Shown: positions 35,906 through 45,876, numbered from the stretch's first letter. The stretch is DNA of 64,000 nt from an uncultured Clostridiaceae bacterium (GCA_964573775.1 CAZNKU010000003.1:2997-66996); one strand, 5' to 3'. Notes: generated from the letters alone by a model not told the origin. Translations and numbers: made by a program.

Positions 35906-37612
35906 TTATAAATTTTCATTTGCCTCTTTTTCAAGAACGGTATAAGCAACCTTGCCAACCAAGGTTTTCGGCAGACTTTCACGGAATTCTATATCGTATG
36001 GCATAGCATACTTTGCAATATGCTTTTTACAATGCTCCAATATACTCTGTTTTGTTTCTTCGTCGGGCTTGTGACCTTCCTTTAAAACAACATAAGCCTT
36101 TATCTTCTGCATTTTATATTCGTCCTTAACACCTATAACACAGCTCATAACTACTGCATCGTGTGCATCTATTATATTTTCAAGCTGTGACGGATAAACA
36201 TTGTATCCGCTGGTGATAATCATTCTTTTAATACGCTGTTTAAAATATACAAAGCCTTCGTCGTCCATATATCCGAGGTCACCTGTATGAAGCCATACCT
36301 CACCGTCGTCATGCTTTTGCAATGTGTCGGCAGTTTCTTTAGGGTGGTTTATATATTCCATCATAACAGTAGGACCGCAAAGGCATATTTCACCATCTGT
36401 AGCGTAAGGTACCTCCTCTGTTGTGCCTGGCTTGCATATTTTAAAATATGTATCAGGGTATGGAAGACCAATACTACCCTCTTTTTCAATATGATAAGGT
36501 GTAAGACAACAAGCTGTTACACACTCGGTTGTACCGTAGCCTTCACGTACACGAATGCTTGCATTGTGATTTTTCAAAAATTCATCAAACTTCTTTTTAA
36601 GTTCTATTGAAAGCGAATCGCCACCTGAAAATACACCCATAAGGTGACTAAGGTCTGCACCGTCAAGATAGTCACTGCGTATAATAGCCTCGTAAAGTGT
36701 AGGCACACCTGCAATGTAGTTTGGCTTTTCCTTTTTAATAAGCTCGGAATAGCTTTTAACATTAAATTTGGGTACAAGTATCGAACAACCGCCCACAACA
36801 AGCATAGTATGTACACATACACCCAAGCCAAAGCCGTGAAACATAGGCATAGCCGCAAGCATTCTTTTACCGCACACCTCTGCATTACACATTACGGCAG
36901 TCTGTATTGCCAAAGCATTAAAGTTATAATTTGAAAGTAATATACCTTTTGTTACACCTGTTGTACCGCCTGAAAAAAGTATAACGGCAGCATCTTCACC
37001 CTTTTTATCAACCTTCACTTTTCCTGCATAAAGCTTGCCTGCGTTTATAAATTCCTTCCACTTTTTAGTATCTTCACCGTACTGAGGCTTTGTAAACTTT
37101 CGTTCGGTTAAATTACGGTATGCAAATGCCTTTACAGCACCAAGCTCGTCGGAAACACTTGCAATTACAAGTTTTTTGACACTTATATTTTTACGAACTT
37201 CTGTAAATTTATCATAAAACTGGTCAACAGTTACAACACAGCAGCTTTCAACTTCCTTAAGGTAAAATTCTATTTCACCTACTGCAGAAAGAGGATGTAT
37301 CATACTTGCAACAGCACCAATTTTATTAAGTGCATAAAGGCAATATACAGTCTGCGGAATATTTGGCATACAAAGTGTTACTCTGTCACCCTCACAAATA
37401 CCATATGCTTTAAATGCACGTGCTGTAGCGTCAATACTCTTTACAAGGCTGCTGTAAGAAATATGTCTGCCCATAAAGGCAAGTGCTGTGTAATCAGGAT
37501 ATTTTTTTGAAATTTCCTCCACCGCATCATACATCGAATGTTCAGTATATTCAAGATTAAAAGGAATATCTCCGTAATATTGAAGCCATGGTGTTTTTAT
37601 ATTTTCTTTCAT
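35906..37612 (-). CDS. AMP-dependent synthetase/ligase (acyl-CoA ligase-like)
   Basis: AMP-binding motif LFSGGTTGVTKG, GYGTTE, and a C-terminal conserved Lys region. Confidence 0.8.
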   Translation of the reverse strand: MKENIKTPWLQYYGDIPFNLEYTEHSMYDAVEEISKKYPDYTALAFMGRHISYSSLVKSIDATARAFKAYGICEGDRVTLCMPNIPQTVYCLYALNKIGAVASMIHPLSAVGEIEFYLKEVESCCVVTVDQFYDKFTEVRKNISVKKLVIASVSDELGAVKAFAYRNLTERKFTKPQYGEDTKKWKEFINAGKLYAGKVKVDKKGEDAAVILFSGGTTGVTKGILLSNYNFNALAIQTAVMCNAEVCGKRMLAAMPMFHGFGLGVCVHTMLVVGGCSILVPKFNVKSYSELIKKEKPNYIAGVPTLYEAIIRSDYLDGADLSHLMGVFSGGDSLSIELKKKFDEFLKNHNASIRVREGYGTTECVTACCLTPYHIEKEGSIGLPYPDTYFKICKPGTTEEVPYATDGEICLCGPTVMMEYINHPKETADTLQKHDDGEVWLHTGDLGYMDDEGFVYFKQRIKRMIITSGYNVYPSQLENIIDAHDAVVMSCVIGVKDEYKMQKIKAYVVLKEGHKPDEETKQSILEHCKKHIAKYAMPYDIEFRESLPKTLVGKVAYTVLEKEANENL

Positions 37613-37633
37613 ATACAGTTACCAATCTTTCTA

Positions 37634-38518
37634 TCAATATTCTATTTCTGTTTTAATAGGCTTATCCAGAATTTCAGGATTTTTCAAAATTGCACGCAAA
37701 AGTCTTATACTCTTTGCAAAGTATACGCCGTCTGCAATACGTTCGTCTATTGTAAGGCCTAAATCCACACATTCGTGTAACTCCATATTTCCCTCTTCAT
37801 CATATACAGGGTGTTTGTGCTTTTCACCTATTACAACAAAAAATGAATTTGTACCCCAGTTTGCAAGATGATGATAATTTGCATTCATCTTTATACTGCC
37901 GAGGTTGGAAAGAAAAACGCTTGAATGGTAAGGGTCAATCTTTAAAAAGAAGCTTGGTAACCAACCGTGGTATTCCAAAAAATTAAGTACCTTGACAAAA
38001 ATCTTCAAAAGCCATCTTGGAAGCTTTGCAAGAACGCCCATAACATCCGTTGCACCGTCGTTTTTATTTTCCTTACGTACACTGTATACTATCTTTTTAA
38101 TCTTTTCCCTTATCTGCACCATTGGTGATTCTTCACTGTCACGGTCAACATTTACAATTGCCAATGTTTCGGGAGCATTATCCGTAAACTTCTTTTTAAC
38201 AGTAAATGCAAGCACAAGGTCTTTTTTCTCGTACAATCTGTAACCCGAATAAAAATAATTCATTTTAGGACGCATAGTCATAACCTTTGCTACAGCCGCA
38301 CAAAAGACGTGAAACAAAGTATATTTAAATTCAGGATTATCCTTGTTTTTTTCTTCAAGATATTTCATTACTGCAGTAAGGTCTACTTTTTCATTTAAAA
38401 CCGCCTCATTATCTGCACGGTTTGGTAATAAATAGGGCATAAAATTATGCATAGGGGCCGTTTCTCTTATACGGTATGCATCCTTTCTATCTCCCCATCT
38501 TTTCTTTCTCTCTTCCAT
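37634..38518 (-). CDS. CAT/2-oxoacid-dehydrogenase-E2-catalytic-domain-like acyltransferase
   Basis: 294 aa. A C-terminal DERIADG lies at the position of the family DHRxxDG motif, with typical preceding beta-strand patterns. Confidence 0.5.
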   Translation of the reverse strand: MEERKKRWGDRKDAYRIRETAPMHNFMPYLLPNRADNEAVLNEKVDLTAVMKYLEEKNKDNPEFKYTLFHVFCAAVAKVMTMRPKMNYFYSGYRLYEKKDLVLAFTVKKKFTDNAPETLAIVNVDRDSEESPMVQIREKIKKIVYSVRKENKNDGATDVMGVLAKLPRWLLKIFVKVLNFLEYHGWLPSFFLKIDPYHSSVFLSNLGSIKMNANYHHLANWGTNSFFVVIGEKHKHPVYDEEGNMELHECVDLGLTIDERIADGVYFAKSIRLLRAILKNPEILDKPIKTEIEY

Positions 38519-38738
38519 GGACTTACCTCCATAAGCACACGGGAGTCGAACTCCGTGTGCTCAAATATTTACATAATTGTATCACAATATGTAGTATGTT
38601 GTCAAATTAAGGCATACAACATGGTAAAATCCATCTTAGTAGCTTTCATTTACATAAGAAAAAGGCAAAGCGATGCTTTGCCTTCAGACCGTCGAAAAAG
38701 TCGTTCTACCTCAAGTGATTTAATAATAATATTCAATT

Positions 38739-38763
38739 GTAGGGCAAGGGCTTGCTCTTGCCG
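38739..38763 (+). repeat. Isolated REP unit
   Basis: GTAGGGCAAGGGCTTGCTCTTGCCG. It belongs to the same stem class as the units inside RAYT-1. Confidence 0.7.
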
Positions 38764-38966
38764 AAAAAGAATTATAACTATAAAACCGCAAGGAAAACAT
38801 CGAATTTTCCTTGCGGTTACTTGCTTTTTGCCAATTTGAACTCTACCGTACCATCGTACGCCGACGAATTCAAATTGACAAAATATAACTTCCTTTTTCG
38901 AAATCTGCCAGCGTGTCGATAGGTTTATCGACACTCCGAAGGCAAAGCGATGCTTTGCCTTTTAAT

Positions 38967-40250
38967 TTAGAACAATATAATTAAGAACTGTGAAATCAGT
39001 ACTACCGCAATAAGAGCTATTGGGTATGTAGCCGCATAAGCAGCCGCAACATCTTCAGTACCTGCAACACCTATAAGTGTACCAAGAGCAGGAGTACTTG
39101 TCATACCGCCTGTAATTGAACCAAGGTTGTTAAGAAGACTAAGCTTCAATACATACTTAGCAAACAAGAAACCAATGATTAGAGGTACTATTGTCATAAT
39201 AACACCGTATACAAAGTACATTGGGTCGAAGTTAGCAACAAAGTCTGCACCGCCCGGGATACCTGCACCTACAAGGAACAGTACAAGACCAAGCTCTCTG
39301 AAAAGCTTTAATGTATGTGTATCGGGCATAATGCAAAGCTTACCTATTCTGCCGAAGTGCCCCATCACAAGTGCAACAAGCAGACAACCACCTGTTGTTG
39401 TAAGAGCAAAGCATGTACCCGAAAGACCTGCGCCCGAAAGAGGTATCTTAATTGCACCTACAAGTATACCCAACACAGCCGCAAGGGAAAATGCCGCAAA
39501 GCCGTGTCCGTCAAGATGCAAAAGTTTAAGGTTATTACTTTTTGATTCCGCTTTTTCATCCTTTATTGCAATTTTTGCTCGCTCAACTTCCATATCAGCC
39601 TTTGCCATTTTTGGAATAATCTGAACAAATAATACAACACCGATAACACCGAATATGTAAGCTATACCGTGACCTACAGAAACCAGACTTGTATAATCAA
39701 CGCCCAATGTTGCCGCTTCACTAGCAACAGTTGCCTTAGCAGCAGAAAATGCAGGAGTTGATGTAAGTGAGCCTGAAAGCAAGCCTACAATCATAGCTGT
39801 AAAGCCTTCTGATGTGCCTGCAGGACCAAAGCCAATACCTTTACCCATATAAATACAAGCAACAGCAGCAAGACCTCCCGCAATGATTATAATAAGACCA
39901 AGCAAAACGTATGATTTAAAGTTTTTCTTCATATTACCGAAGAACTTAGGTCCTGCAATGAAACCAACTGATGTTACAAATAGGATAAGGCCTATTTTTT
40001 CAATAATATCTAATGCCTTTTCAGTAAAGTTAACAGCTTCTGCTTCCCCCTTTATAATAAGTTGGCTTGCCAACGGGTCAAACAAAAGTGCCCCGAAAAC
40101 AAGAGCAACAACGAATACGCCTGCATCACCAAGACATACACCTTTGATTGTAATACGTCCCAATGCATAACCTACAAAAAGAACTGCAAAAAGACAGAAC
40201 ATCAAAAATGTAGTGCCTGTAACGGGAATAACTCCTCCAAATAATGTCAT
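38967..40250 (-). CDS. AAE-family (aspartate:alanine exchanger / YidE-YbjL / SucE-like) permease
   Basis: 427 aa. The Asp-Al_Ex-type pattern GRITIKGVCLGDAGVFVVALVFG is repeated in the second half (FGRIGKLCI..). The ATG at 40250 follows an AAGGAAG RBS. The 588-aa ORF-track version overlaps the upstream gene. Confidence 0.65.
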   Translation of the reverse strand: MTLFGGVIPVTGTTFLMFCLFAVLFVGYALGRITIKGVCLGDAGVFVVALVFGALLFDPLASQLIIKGEAEAVNFTEKALDIIEKIGLILFVTSVGFIAGPKFFGNMKKNFKSYVLLGLIIIIAGGLAAVACIYMGKGIGFGPAGTSEGFTAMIVGLLSGSLTSTPAFSAAKATVASEAATLGVDYTSLVSVGHGIAYIFGVIGVVLFVQIIPKMAKADMEVERAKIAIKDEKAESKSNNLKLLHLDGHGFAAFSLAAVLGILVGAIKIPLSGAGLSGTCFALTTTGGCLLVALVMGHFGRIGKLCIMPDTHTLKLFRELGLVLFLVGAGIPGGADFVANFDPMYFVYGVIMTIVPLIIGFLFAKYVLKLSLLNNLGSITGGMTSTPALGTLIGVAGTEDVAAAYAATYPIALIAVVLISQFLIILF

Positions 40251-40311
40251 TTTTATCTCTTCCTTTCTAAATATACCACAGGGCCGAACAAAATTCGTCC
40301 TGTAAGTTTTA

Positions 40312-41907
40312 TTATTTTCTACGTGTATAATCAGGCAACAGTCTTGGTGAAACAGTTGTTGTTTCAACACCTGCGGCCTTTCTTTCAGCATCAAACTTGT
40401 TGATGTGTTCCAAAGTAAGTGTGCCAACCTTAACATCCTTAGATTTTGCAGATGCATTTTTACCTGCATTTCTGCCAAATACGATAATGTCAAGCAACGA
40501 GTTACCCATAAGTCTGTTTCTGCCGTGGATTCCGCCAACAGCTTCACCTGCAACATAAAGGTTTTCAATGTTTGTAACACCTTCAGCGTTAATCTTAAGA
40601 CCACCGTTCTGGTAATGGAGTGTTGGGTAAACAAGGATAGGTTCTTTACGAATATCGATACCATACTTAGCGAACATTCTCCACATAGCAGGGATTCTCT
40701 TAATAATAGTACCTTCACCATGAATCTTTTCAATCATCGGAGTATCAAGCCATACAGCTCTGCCGTTAGGAGTTTCAACACCGTTTCCTCTTTCGCTGCA
40801 TTCACGAATGATAGAAGCTGCAGAAACGTCACGGGTTTCCAACGGATGCATGAATACTTCACCGTTTACGTTAATAAGCTTAGCACCCAATGAACGTACC
40901 TTTTCAGTAACCAATGCACCGAAAATCTGGTCAGGGAATGCCGCACCTGTTGGGTGATACTGTAAGGTATCAGCATATATAAGCTCTGCACCTGCACGAT
41001 AACCAAGTACTAAACCATCAGCTGTAGCACCGTAGTGGTTTGATGTGGGGAATCCCTGGTAGTGAAGTCTGCCTGCACCACCTGTTGCAATAACAACTGT
41101 TTTAGCCTTTGCAACAAGGATTTCCTTTGTTTCCATGTTCATCAAAACTGCACCTGCAGCCTTGCCTTCATCGTCAAGAATAAGTTCAATAGCAGATGTA
41201 AAGTCAACAACTGTAATACCTCTGTTTAGAACCTCGTCACGAAGTGTACGCATAATTTCAGCACCTGAATAGTCCTTTGCAGCGTGCATTCTCTTTCTTG
41301 AAGTACCGCCACCGTGTGTTGTAACCATTCTACCATCTGCGTCTTTATCGAATTCTACGCCAAGGTCGTTAAGCCATTTAATAGCATCAGGAGCCTCGTT
41401 AACAAGCTTGTAAAGAAGCTCAGGAACAGCAGCGAAATGTCCGCCACCGAAAGCATCTATATAGTGGATAGCGGGGGAATCGTTTTCCTTATCAGCAGCC
41501 TGAATACCGCCTTCTGCCATCATTGTGTTAGCGTCACCGATACGAAGCTTTGTAACAATCATAGTTTTAGCACCGTTGTTGTCAGCTTCAATAGCAGCAG
41601 ATGAACCTGCACCGCCACCACCGATGATAAGTACGTCCACGTCATAATCAGGGTTTGAAAGGTCCACATCACCAGGCTTAATTCTGCTTTCGCCTTCAAG
41701 CAAAGCAACAAGCTCTGTTGGAACCTCACCGCCCTTGTTGGGACCAACTGTCAGTGTTCTGAATTCTTCCTGCTTGTAATCAGGATGGAAAGTCGCAAGC
41801 AATTTTTCTTTTTCTTCAGCAGTCATTCTGCGTGGTTCGTATGCTGTATTATTATCTCTTGCAGCTTCAACTTTCTTAATTGATTCTTGGAATTCTTTAC
41901 TGTACAT
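40312..41907 (-). CDS. FAD flavoprotein of the fumarate reductase / succinate dehydrogenase / L-aspartate oxidase family
   Basis: Dinucleotide fold DVLIIGGGGAGSSAA (residue 91 onward), QYHPTG, and HGRNRLMGNSLLD near the C-terminus. Confidence 0.75.
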   Translation of the reverse strand: MYSKEFQESIKKVEAARDNNTAYEPRRMTAEEKEKLLATFHPDYKQEEFRTLTVGPNKGGEVPTELVALLEGESRIKPGDVDLSNPDYDVDVLIIGGGGAGSSAAIEADNNGAKTMIVTKLRIGDANTMMAEGGIQAADKENDSPAIHYIDAFGGGHFAAVPELLYKLVNEAPDAIKWLNDLGVEFDKDADGRMVTTHGGGTSRKRMHAAKDYSGAEIMRTLRDEVLNRGITVVDFTSAIELILDDEGKAAGAVLMNMETKEILVAKAKTVVIATGGAGRLHYQGFPTSNHYGATADGLVLGYRAGAELIYADTLQYHPTGAAFPDQIFGALVTEKVRSLGAKLINVNGEVFMHPLETRDVSAASIIRECSERGNGVETPNGRAVWLDTPMIEKIHGEGTIIKRIPAMWRMFAKYGIDIRKEPILVYPTLHYQNGGLKINAEGVTNIENLYVAGEAVGGIHGRNRLMGNSLLDIIVFGRNAGKNASAKSKDVKVGTLTLEHINKFDAERKAAGVETTTVSPRLLPDYTRRK

Positions 41908-41922
41908 TACTTGCTCACCTCC

Positions 41923-42597
41923 TTATTTCTCTATTTCTCTGTTATTGTAAAGTTCTTTCATTTCTTCAATAGGCCTCTGCATCAATTCTTCAAGAAGCTT
42001 TACAAAATCGCCGTTTTCAATTTCCTTAACTCTGTTTTCAAGATGTTCTGTCTTTGGAGCAAGGTATTTACCTGTAATACGTCTTGCAAGCATAGCAACC
42101 TGAGGATGAGAGATACCTGCAGGACAACGGGAAGAACATACACCGCACATTACGCAGTCAAATGATTCTTCAGCGCATTTTTCAAATTCGCCACGCTGAG
42201 CATAAGCAATGTACTGCATAACGTTAAGCTCCTGAGTACAGCTCTTTGTACAAGCATTACAGCCGATACAAGCGTAAATTTCAGGATAAAGCTGCATCAT
42301 AACAGCTTCTGTAACAGGTATCTTTTCGATATCATAAACCTGTTTAACAAGTGGGAAGAAAGGAAGTGTTGCAATGAACATACCTTCTTCAACCTTTGTC
42401 TGGCAAGCAAGGCAAACCTTAAGTTCCTTGTCGCCCTGAATTCTGTATATTGTTGCACAGGCACCGCAGAAGCCGTTACGGCATCCGCAACCACGTACAA
42501 GCTGATAGCCGGCATATTCCATAGCGCCCATAATTGTAAGCTCTGATGGAACAGAATATTTTTTGCCGTATAAATAAATGTCAACAAATTTTTCCAT
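41923..42597 (-). CDS. FrdB/SdhB-like iron-sulfur subunit
   Basis: N-terminal 2Fe-2S-like cysteines (RGCGCRNGFCGAC), then CIGCNACTKSC and CVMCGVCSSRCP. Confidence 0.7.
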   Translation of the reverse strand: MEKFVDIYLYGKKYSVPSELTIMGAMEYAGYQLVRGCGCRNGFCGACATIYRIQGDKELKVCLACQTKVEEGMFIATLPFFPLVKQVYDIEKIPVTEAVMMQLYPEIYACIGCNACTKSCTQELNVMQYIAYAQRGEFEKCAEESFDCVMCGVCSSRCPAGISHPQVAMLARRITGKYLAPKTEHLENRVKEIENGDFVKLLEELMQRPIEEMKELYNNREIEK

Positions 42598-42618
42598 TGT
42601 CTTTGTCCTTTCTATCTA

Positions 42619-43446
42619 TTAATATTCATCCGGCAAGGCATCTAACTGGTCGAAACGGAAAACCGGACCGTCCTTGCAGACATACTTGGAACCGATGTTA
42701 CATCTGCCGCATTTACCCACAGCACATTTCATCTTAAGCTCCATAGTTGTGTAAACCTGTGTTTCCTTAAAGCCAAGTTCCTTAAGTGCTGCCAATGTGA
42801 ACTTAATCATAATTGGCGGACCGCACATCAAAACTGTTTTGCTAAGGTCTGGGTTAACTTCTTTAACGTAATTAGGAACAAAGCCAACGTGACCATCCCA
42901 GTTGTCCTGTTCACGGTCGATTGTAAGGTGAACGTTAATACCGTCCTCCTTCATCCATTCGTTAACTATTTCTTCATAGTCAACCAAATCTTCCTTAGAA
43001 CGTGAACCGTAGATAATATCAATAGTACCGTAGTTAGCACGGTTGTCACGGCAGTAGTTGATAACAGAACGTAGCGGTGCAAGACCTATACCACCTGCTA
43101 TAAACAGAAGGTCTTTACCCTTAAGGTCAGTTTCAACAGGGAAACCGTTACCGTAAGGTCCGCGTACCGTAATCTGCTGACCAACTTCCATAGCGTGTAG
43201 CCATTCTGTTACACAGCCGCATCTTTTAATGGAAAATTCCATATAGTTAGTCTGTGTCGGTGAAGAAGTAATTGAGAACAACGCCTCACCTACACCGGGC
43301 ATTGAAAGGAATGCACACTGTCCCGGCATATGCTTGAACATAACGCCGCCTTCAGGAGCTTCTACTCTGAAGGTTTTAACATCAGGAGTATCTGTTCTGA
43401 TATCTGTTACGATACCAACTTTTGGTATTAAAACATCTTCTCTCAT
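42619..43446 (-). CDS. FAD/NAD(P)-binding oxidoreductase with a C-terminal 2Fe-2S site (AsrB / PyrK / FlxA-like)
   Basis: Ferredoxin-reductase-type fold (FSITSSP, LLFIAGGIGLAPL) and C-terminal CAVGKCGRC..C. Confidence 0.75.
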   Translation of the reverse strand: MREDVLIPKVGIVTDIRTDTPDVKTFRVEAPEGGVMFKHMPGQCAFLSMPGVGEALFSITSSPTQTNYMEFSIKRCGCVTEWLHAMEVGQQITVRGPYGNGFPVETDLKGKDLLFIAGGIGLAPLRSVINYCRDNRANYGTIDIIYGSRSKEDLVDYEEIVNEWMKEDGINVHLTIDREQDNWDGHVGFVPNYVKEVNPDLSKTVLMCGPPIMIKFTLAALKELGFKETQVYTTMELKMKCAVGKCGRCNIGSKYVCKDGPVFRFDQLDALPDEY

Positions 43447-44471
43447 TATTCATTCACCCCCAAAGCCTTAATAACTTTTACAATGTTCATTGAAACAGGG
43501 CACTTCTGCAAGCATCTGCCGCAGCCTACACAGCCGTAAACGCCGTCGTTGTTAGCAGGGAAGTATACAAGCTTGTGCATAAATCTCTGTCTGAAGCGTT
43601 CTACCTGGCTGTTACGGTTGTTACCGTGTGCCATTTTTGTAAAGTCGGAATACATACATGAATCCCAACATCTGTATCTTTGGATACCATGACCTGTATC
43701 ATAGTCACGGATGTCGTAGCACTGGCATGTAGGACATATAAAAGTACAAGTACCGCATCCCAAGCATGATGATGAAAGTTCATTCCACAATGGTGAATTG
43801 AATTTTTCCATCATATGTTCTTCATCAAAGCCGTCAAGACAAAGGTCCTTTAGTGGAAGTTTGTCTAAAATCTTTTTAATTTCTTCCTGCTTGGCAGTAA
43901 CCTTTGCATCATCAGTTTCAGCAAGTACGTCTTTAGCAAGGTTCAGCGCCTTTTCGCCTTTTTCATTGTTAGCCCTGATGCAAAGCTCACCGTCTACAAT
44001 CCATGCAGTTGCATCTGCAACAGGGTTTGCAGGGTCGATACCAAAAGTTGTACAGAAGCAAGTTTCTTCAGGCTCGCCGCAAGCAAGTGCAACGATTACT
44101 ACCTTTTCTCTTCTTTCAGCATAAAAGCTGTCAACAGGCTCTGCAAGGAATACCTTGTCAAGAATTTCAAAGCCCTTTAAATCACATCCGCGTACACCGA
44201 AAAGAATAGTAGGTTCACTTGGGTCACGGTTTTCAATAACTTCCACAGTTTTATCACCTGTTTTAAAAGCAACAAGATTTTCTGTCTGTGGGAAGAAAAT
44301 ATCCTTAGGAGATTTTATAGTATTAAGGTTTGTAAGGCAAACCTCCATACCTTCGCTCCACATTTTGTAGTTAGAGCTGTTATCATCCTGCTTAATGGGT
44401 GCGTATACAGCGTTTTCCTTTGAAAAAGCCGCAAATAACTTATCTATATCGTTAAGTGAAATCTTAAACAT
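43446..44471 (-). CDS. 4Fe-4S dicluster protein (AsrA / sulfhydrogenase-beta / FlxB-like)
   Basis: CLGCGTCTFICPTCQC and CVGCGRCLQKCP motifs. Confidence 0.65.
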   Translation of the reverse strand: MFKISLNDIDKLFAAFSKENAVYAPIKQDDNSSNYKMWSEGMEVCLTNLNTIKSPKDIFFPQTENLVAFKTGDKTVEVIENRDPSEPTILFGVRGCDLKGFEILDKVFLAEPVDSFYAERREKVVIVALACGEPEETCFCTTFGIDPANPVADATAWIVDGELCIRANNEKGEKALNLAKDVLAETDDAKVTAKQEEIKKILDKLPLKDLCLDGFDEEHMMEKFNSPLWNELSSSCLGCGTCTFICPTCQCYDIRDYDTGHGIQRYRCWDSCMYSDFTKMAHGNNRNSQVERFRQRFMHKLVYFPANNDGVYGCVGCGRCLQKCPVSMNIVKVIKALGVNE

Positions 44472-45448
44472 TACTGCGCACCCCTTTCTTTAACAATGCT
44501 TGGCTCTACATCTTCTTTAGTAAAGCTTGTAAGCGGAGGTACTGTTTCAAGGTCTGCACCTGCCTGATATTCGCCATAAAATTCATTTATATCCTTAATG
44601 AATTTACGGTTAAGCAAATGAAGCGGTATGTTCTGAGGACATACTCTTGCGCATTCACCGCAGTCTGTACAACGTCCGCAAACGTGGAAAGCTCTTATAA
44701 TATGGAACATATTTTCTTCAAAAGTATCCGCATTAGCCTTACTTGCTACGCCTGAATTTGCATTGTCAAATACACAAGTTGTGCAAGTACAAGCAGGGCA
44801 GGCATTTCTGCAGGCATTACATCTGATACATTTTGAAAGCTGACTTCTCCAGAATTCAAATCTTTCTTCTGATGTCATATTTTCAAGCTTTTCAACCATT
44901 TCAAAACGGTCAACTGTCGGTGTTTCAAATTCTTCACCAATTACTTCATCAGCGCAAACGTGCTTTTTACCTTTACAGCAAAGACACTTATCAAGCAAAA
45001 CTTCGTTTCTGTCAAGCTCCTTGTCACCGTACAAAGTAGATATTTTAAGTGTTTTACCGTCATCTTCAATCTTTTCGATACCCTTAATGCCTTTTGCCCT
45101 AATCTTTTCGATATCAAGCTTACCCTGGCAAGGAATACCTACGATTGTAATATTTTCTCTTTTAATCCTATGCTCTTTAATAAGCTGGTTAATACTGTAT
45201 GTATCACAAGGCTTCAAAAAGGCAAGGATTTTTTCATCGCCCTTTGTTTCACGTACAAGATACTTTGTAAGATTGCTACCGCAAAAGCTGTCATATGTGA
45301 AACCGTCAAGGCTGTCGTCTTTAGTAAACAAAGCAGGTGTAGGGTCATAGAAGAATTCGCCCTGTTTCCAGGCAAGTACTTTATTAACTGTACCGTCTGC
45401 AAGTAATTTTTCTGCTTTTTCTTTCATTAAATCGAAAACTCTTTGCAT
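44471..45448 (-). CDS. FeS oxidoreductase subunit (FlxC/FrhB-like)
   Basis: CIRCNACRNACPACTC and CGRCTDCGECARVCP motifs. A strong GGAGG RBS precedes the ATG at 45448. Confidence 0.55.
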   Translation of the reverse strand: MQRVFDLMKEKAEKLLADGTVNKVLAWKQGEFFYDPTPALFTKDDSLDGFTYDSFCGSNLTKYLVRETKGDEKILAFLKPCDTYSINQLIKEHRIKRENITIVGIPCQGKLDIEKIRAKGIKGIEKIEDDGKTLKISTLYGDKELDRNEVLLDKCLCCKGKKHVCADEVIGEEFETPTVDRFEMVEKLENMTSEERFEFWRSQLSKCIRCNACRNACPACTCTTCVFDNANSGVASKANADTFEENMFHIIRAFHVCGRCTDCGECARVCPQNIPLHLLNRKFIKDINEFYGEYQAGADLETVPPLTSFTKEDVEPSIVKERGAQ

Positions 45449-45876
45449 CTCAAATCCTCCAATCTCTTATTCTCACCTAATTCGTGGATTTTCTTTGCAA
45501 AATCATTCATTGTATCAGCAAACTTAGCACCTTCAGCTGCAGAAACCCATTCAACACGTGTACGGTCTCTTTCAATACCCAAAAAGTCAAGCATACTGAA
45601 CAACAATGTCATTCTTCTTCTTGTATAATAGTTACCTGTTGTGTAGTGGCAGTCACCTGGATGACAACCGCAAAGGATAACACCGTCTGCACCCCTCTGG
45701 AAAGCACGAAGGATAAACATAGGGTTAACACGGCATGAGCAAGGCACACGGATAATCTTTACATTTGCAGGGTAGTTAAGTCTGTTAGTACCTGCAAGGT
45801 CAGCGCCTGCATAACTGCACCAGTTACAGCAGAATGCAACAATCAACGGTTTGAATTCTTTGTTTTCTATTTGCAT
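45427..45876 (-). CDS. mvhD: MvhD/FlpD-like hydrogenase iron-sulfur delta subunit
   Basis: FCCNWCSYAGADLAG and CSCRVNP..GADGV...GCH.GDCHY patterns. Confidence 0.8.
   Translation of the reverse strand: MQIENKEFKPLIVAFCCNWCSYAGADLAGTNRLNYPANVKIIRVPCSCRVNPMFILRAFQRGADGVILCGCHPGDCHYTTGNYYTRRRMTLLFSMLDFLGIERDRTRVEWVSAAEGAKFADTMNDFAKKIHELGENKRLEDLRCKEFSI

Noticed and set aside
38535-38560. tRNA-like T-arm sequence (GGGAGTCGAACTCC)
   Set aside because: Only a single bulged hairpin is present. There is no acceptor stem, D arm or anticodon arm in either orientation.
40251-40733. N-terminal 161 codons of the 588-aa ORF 38967..40733
   Set aside because: This part overlaps the 3' end of the flavoprotein gene in another frame and has a non-membrane, low-complexity composition. 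A good RBS and ATG at 40250 start the recognisable AAE permease.
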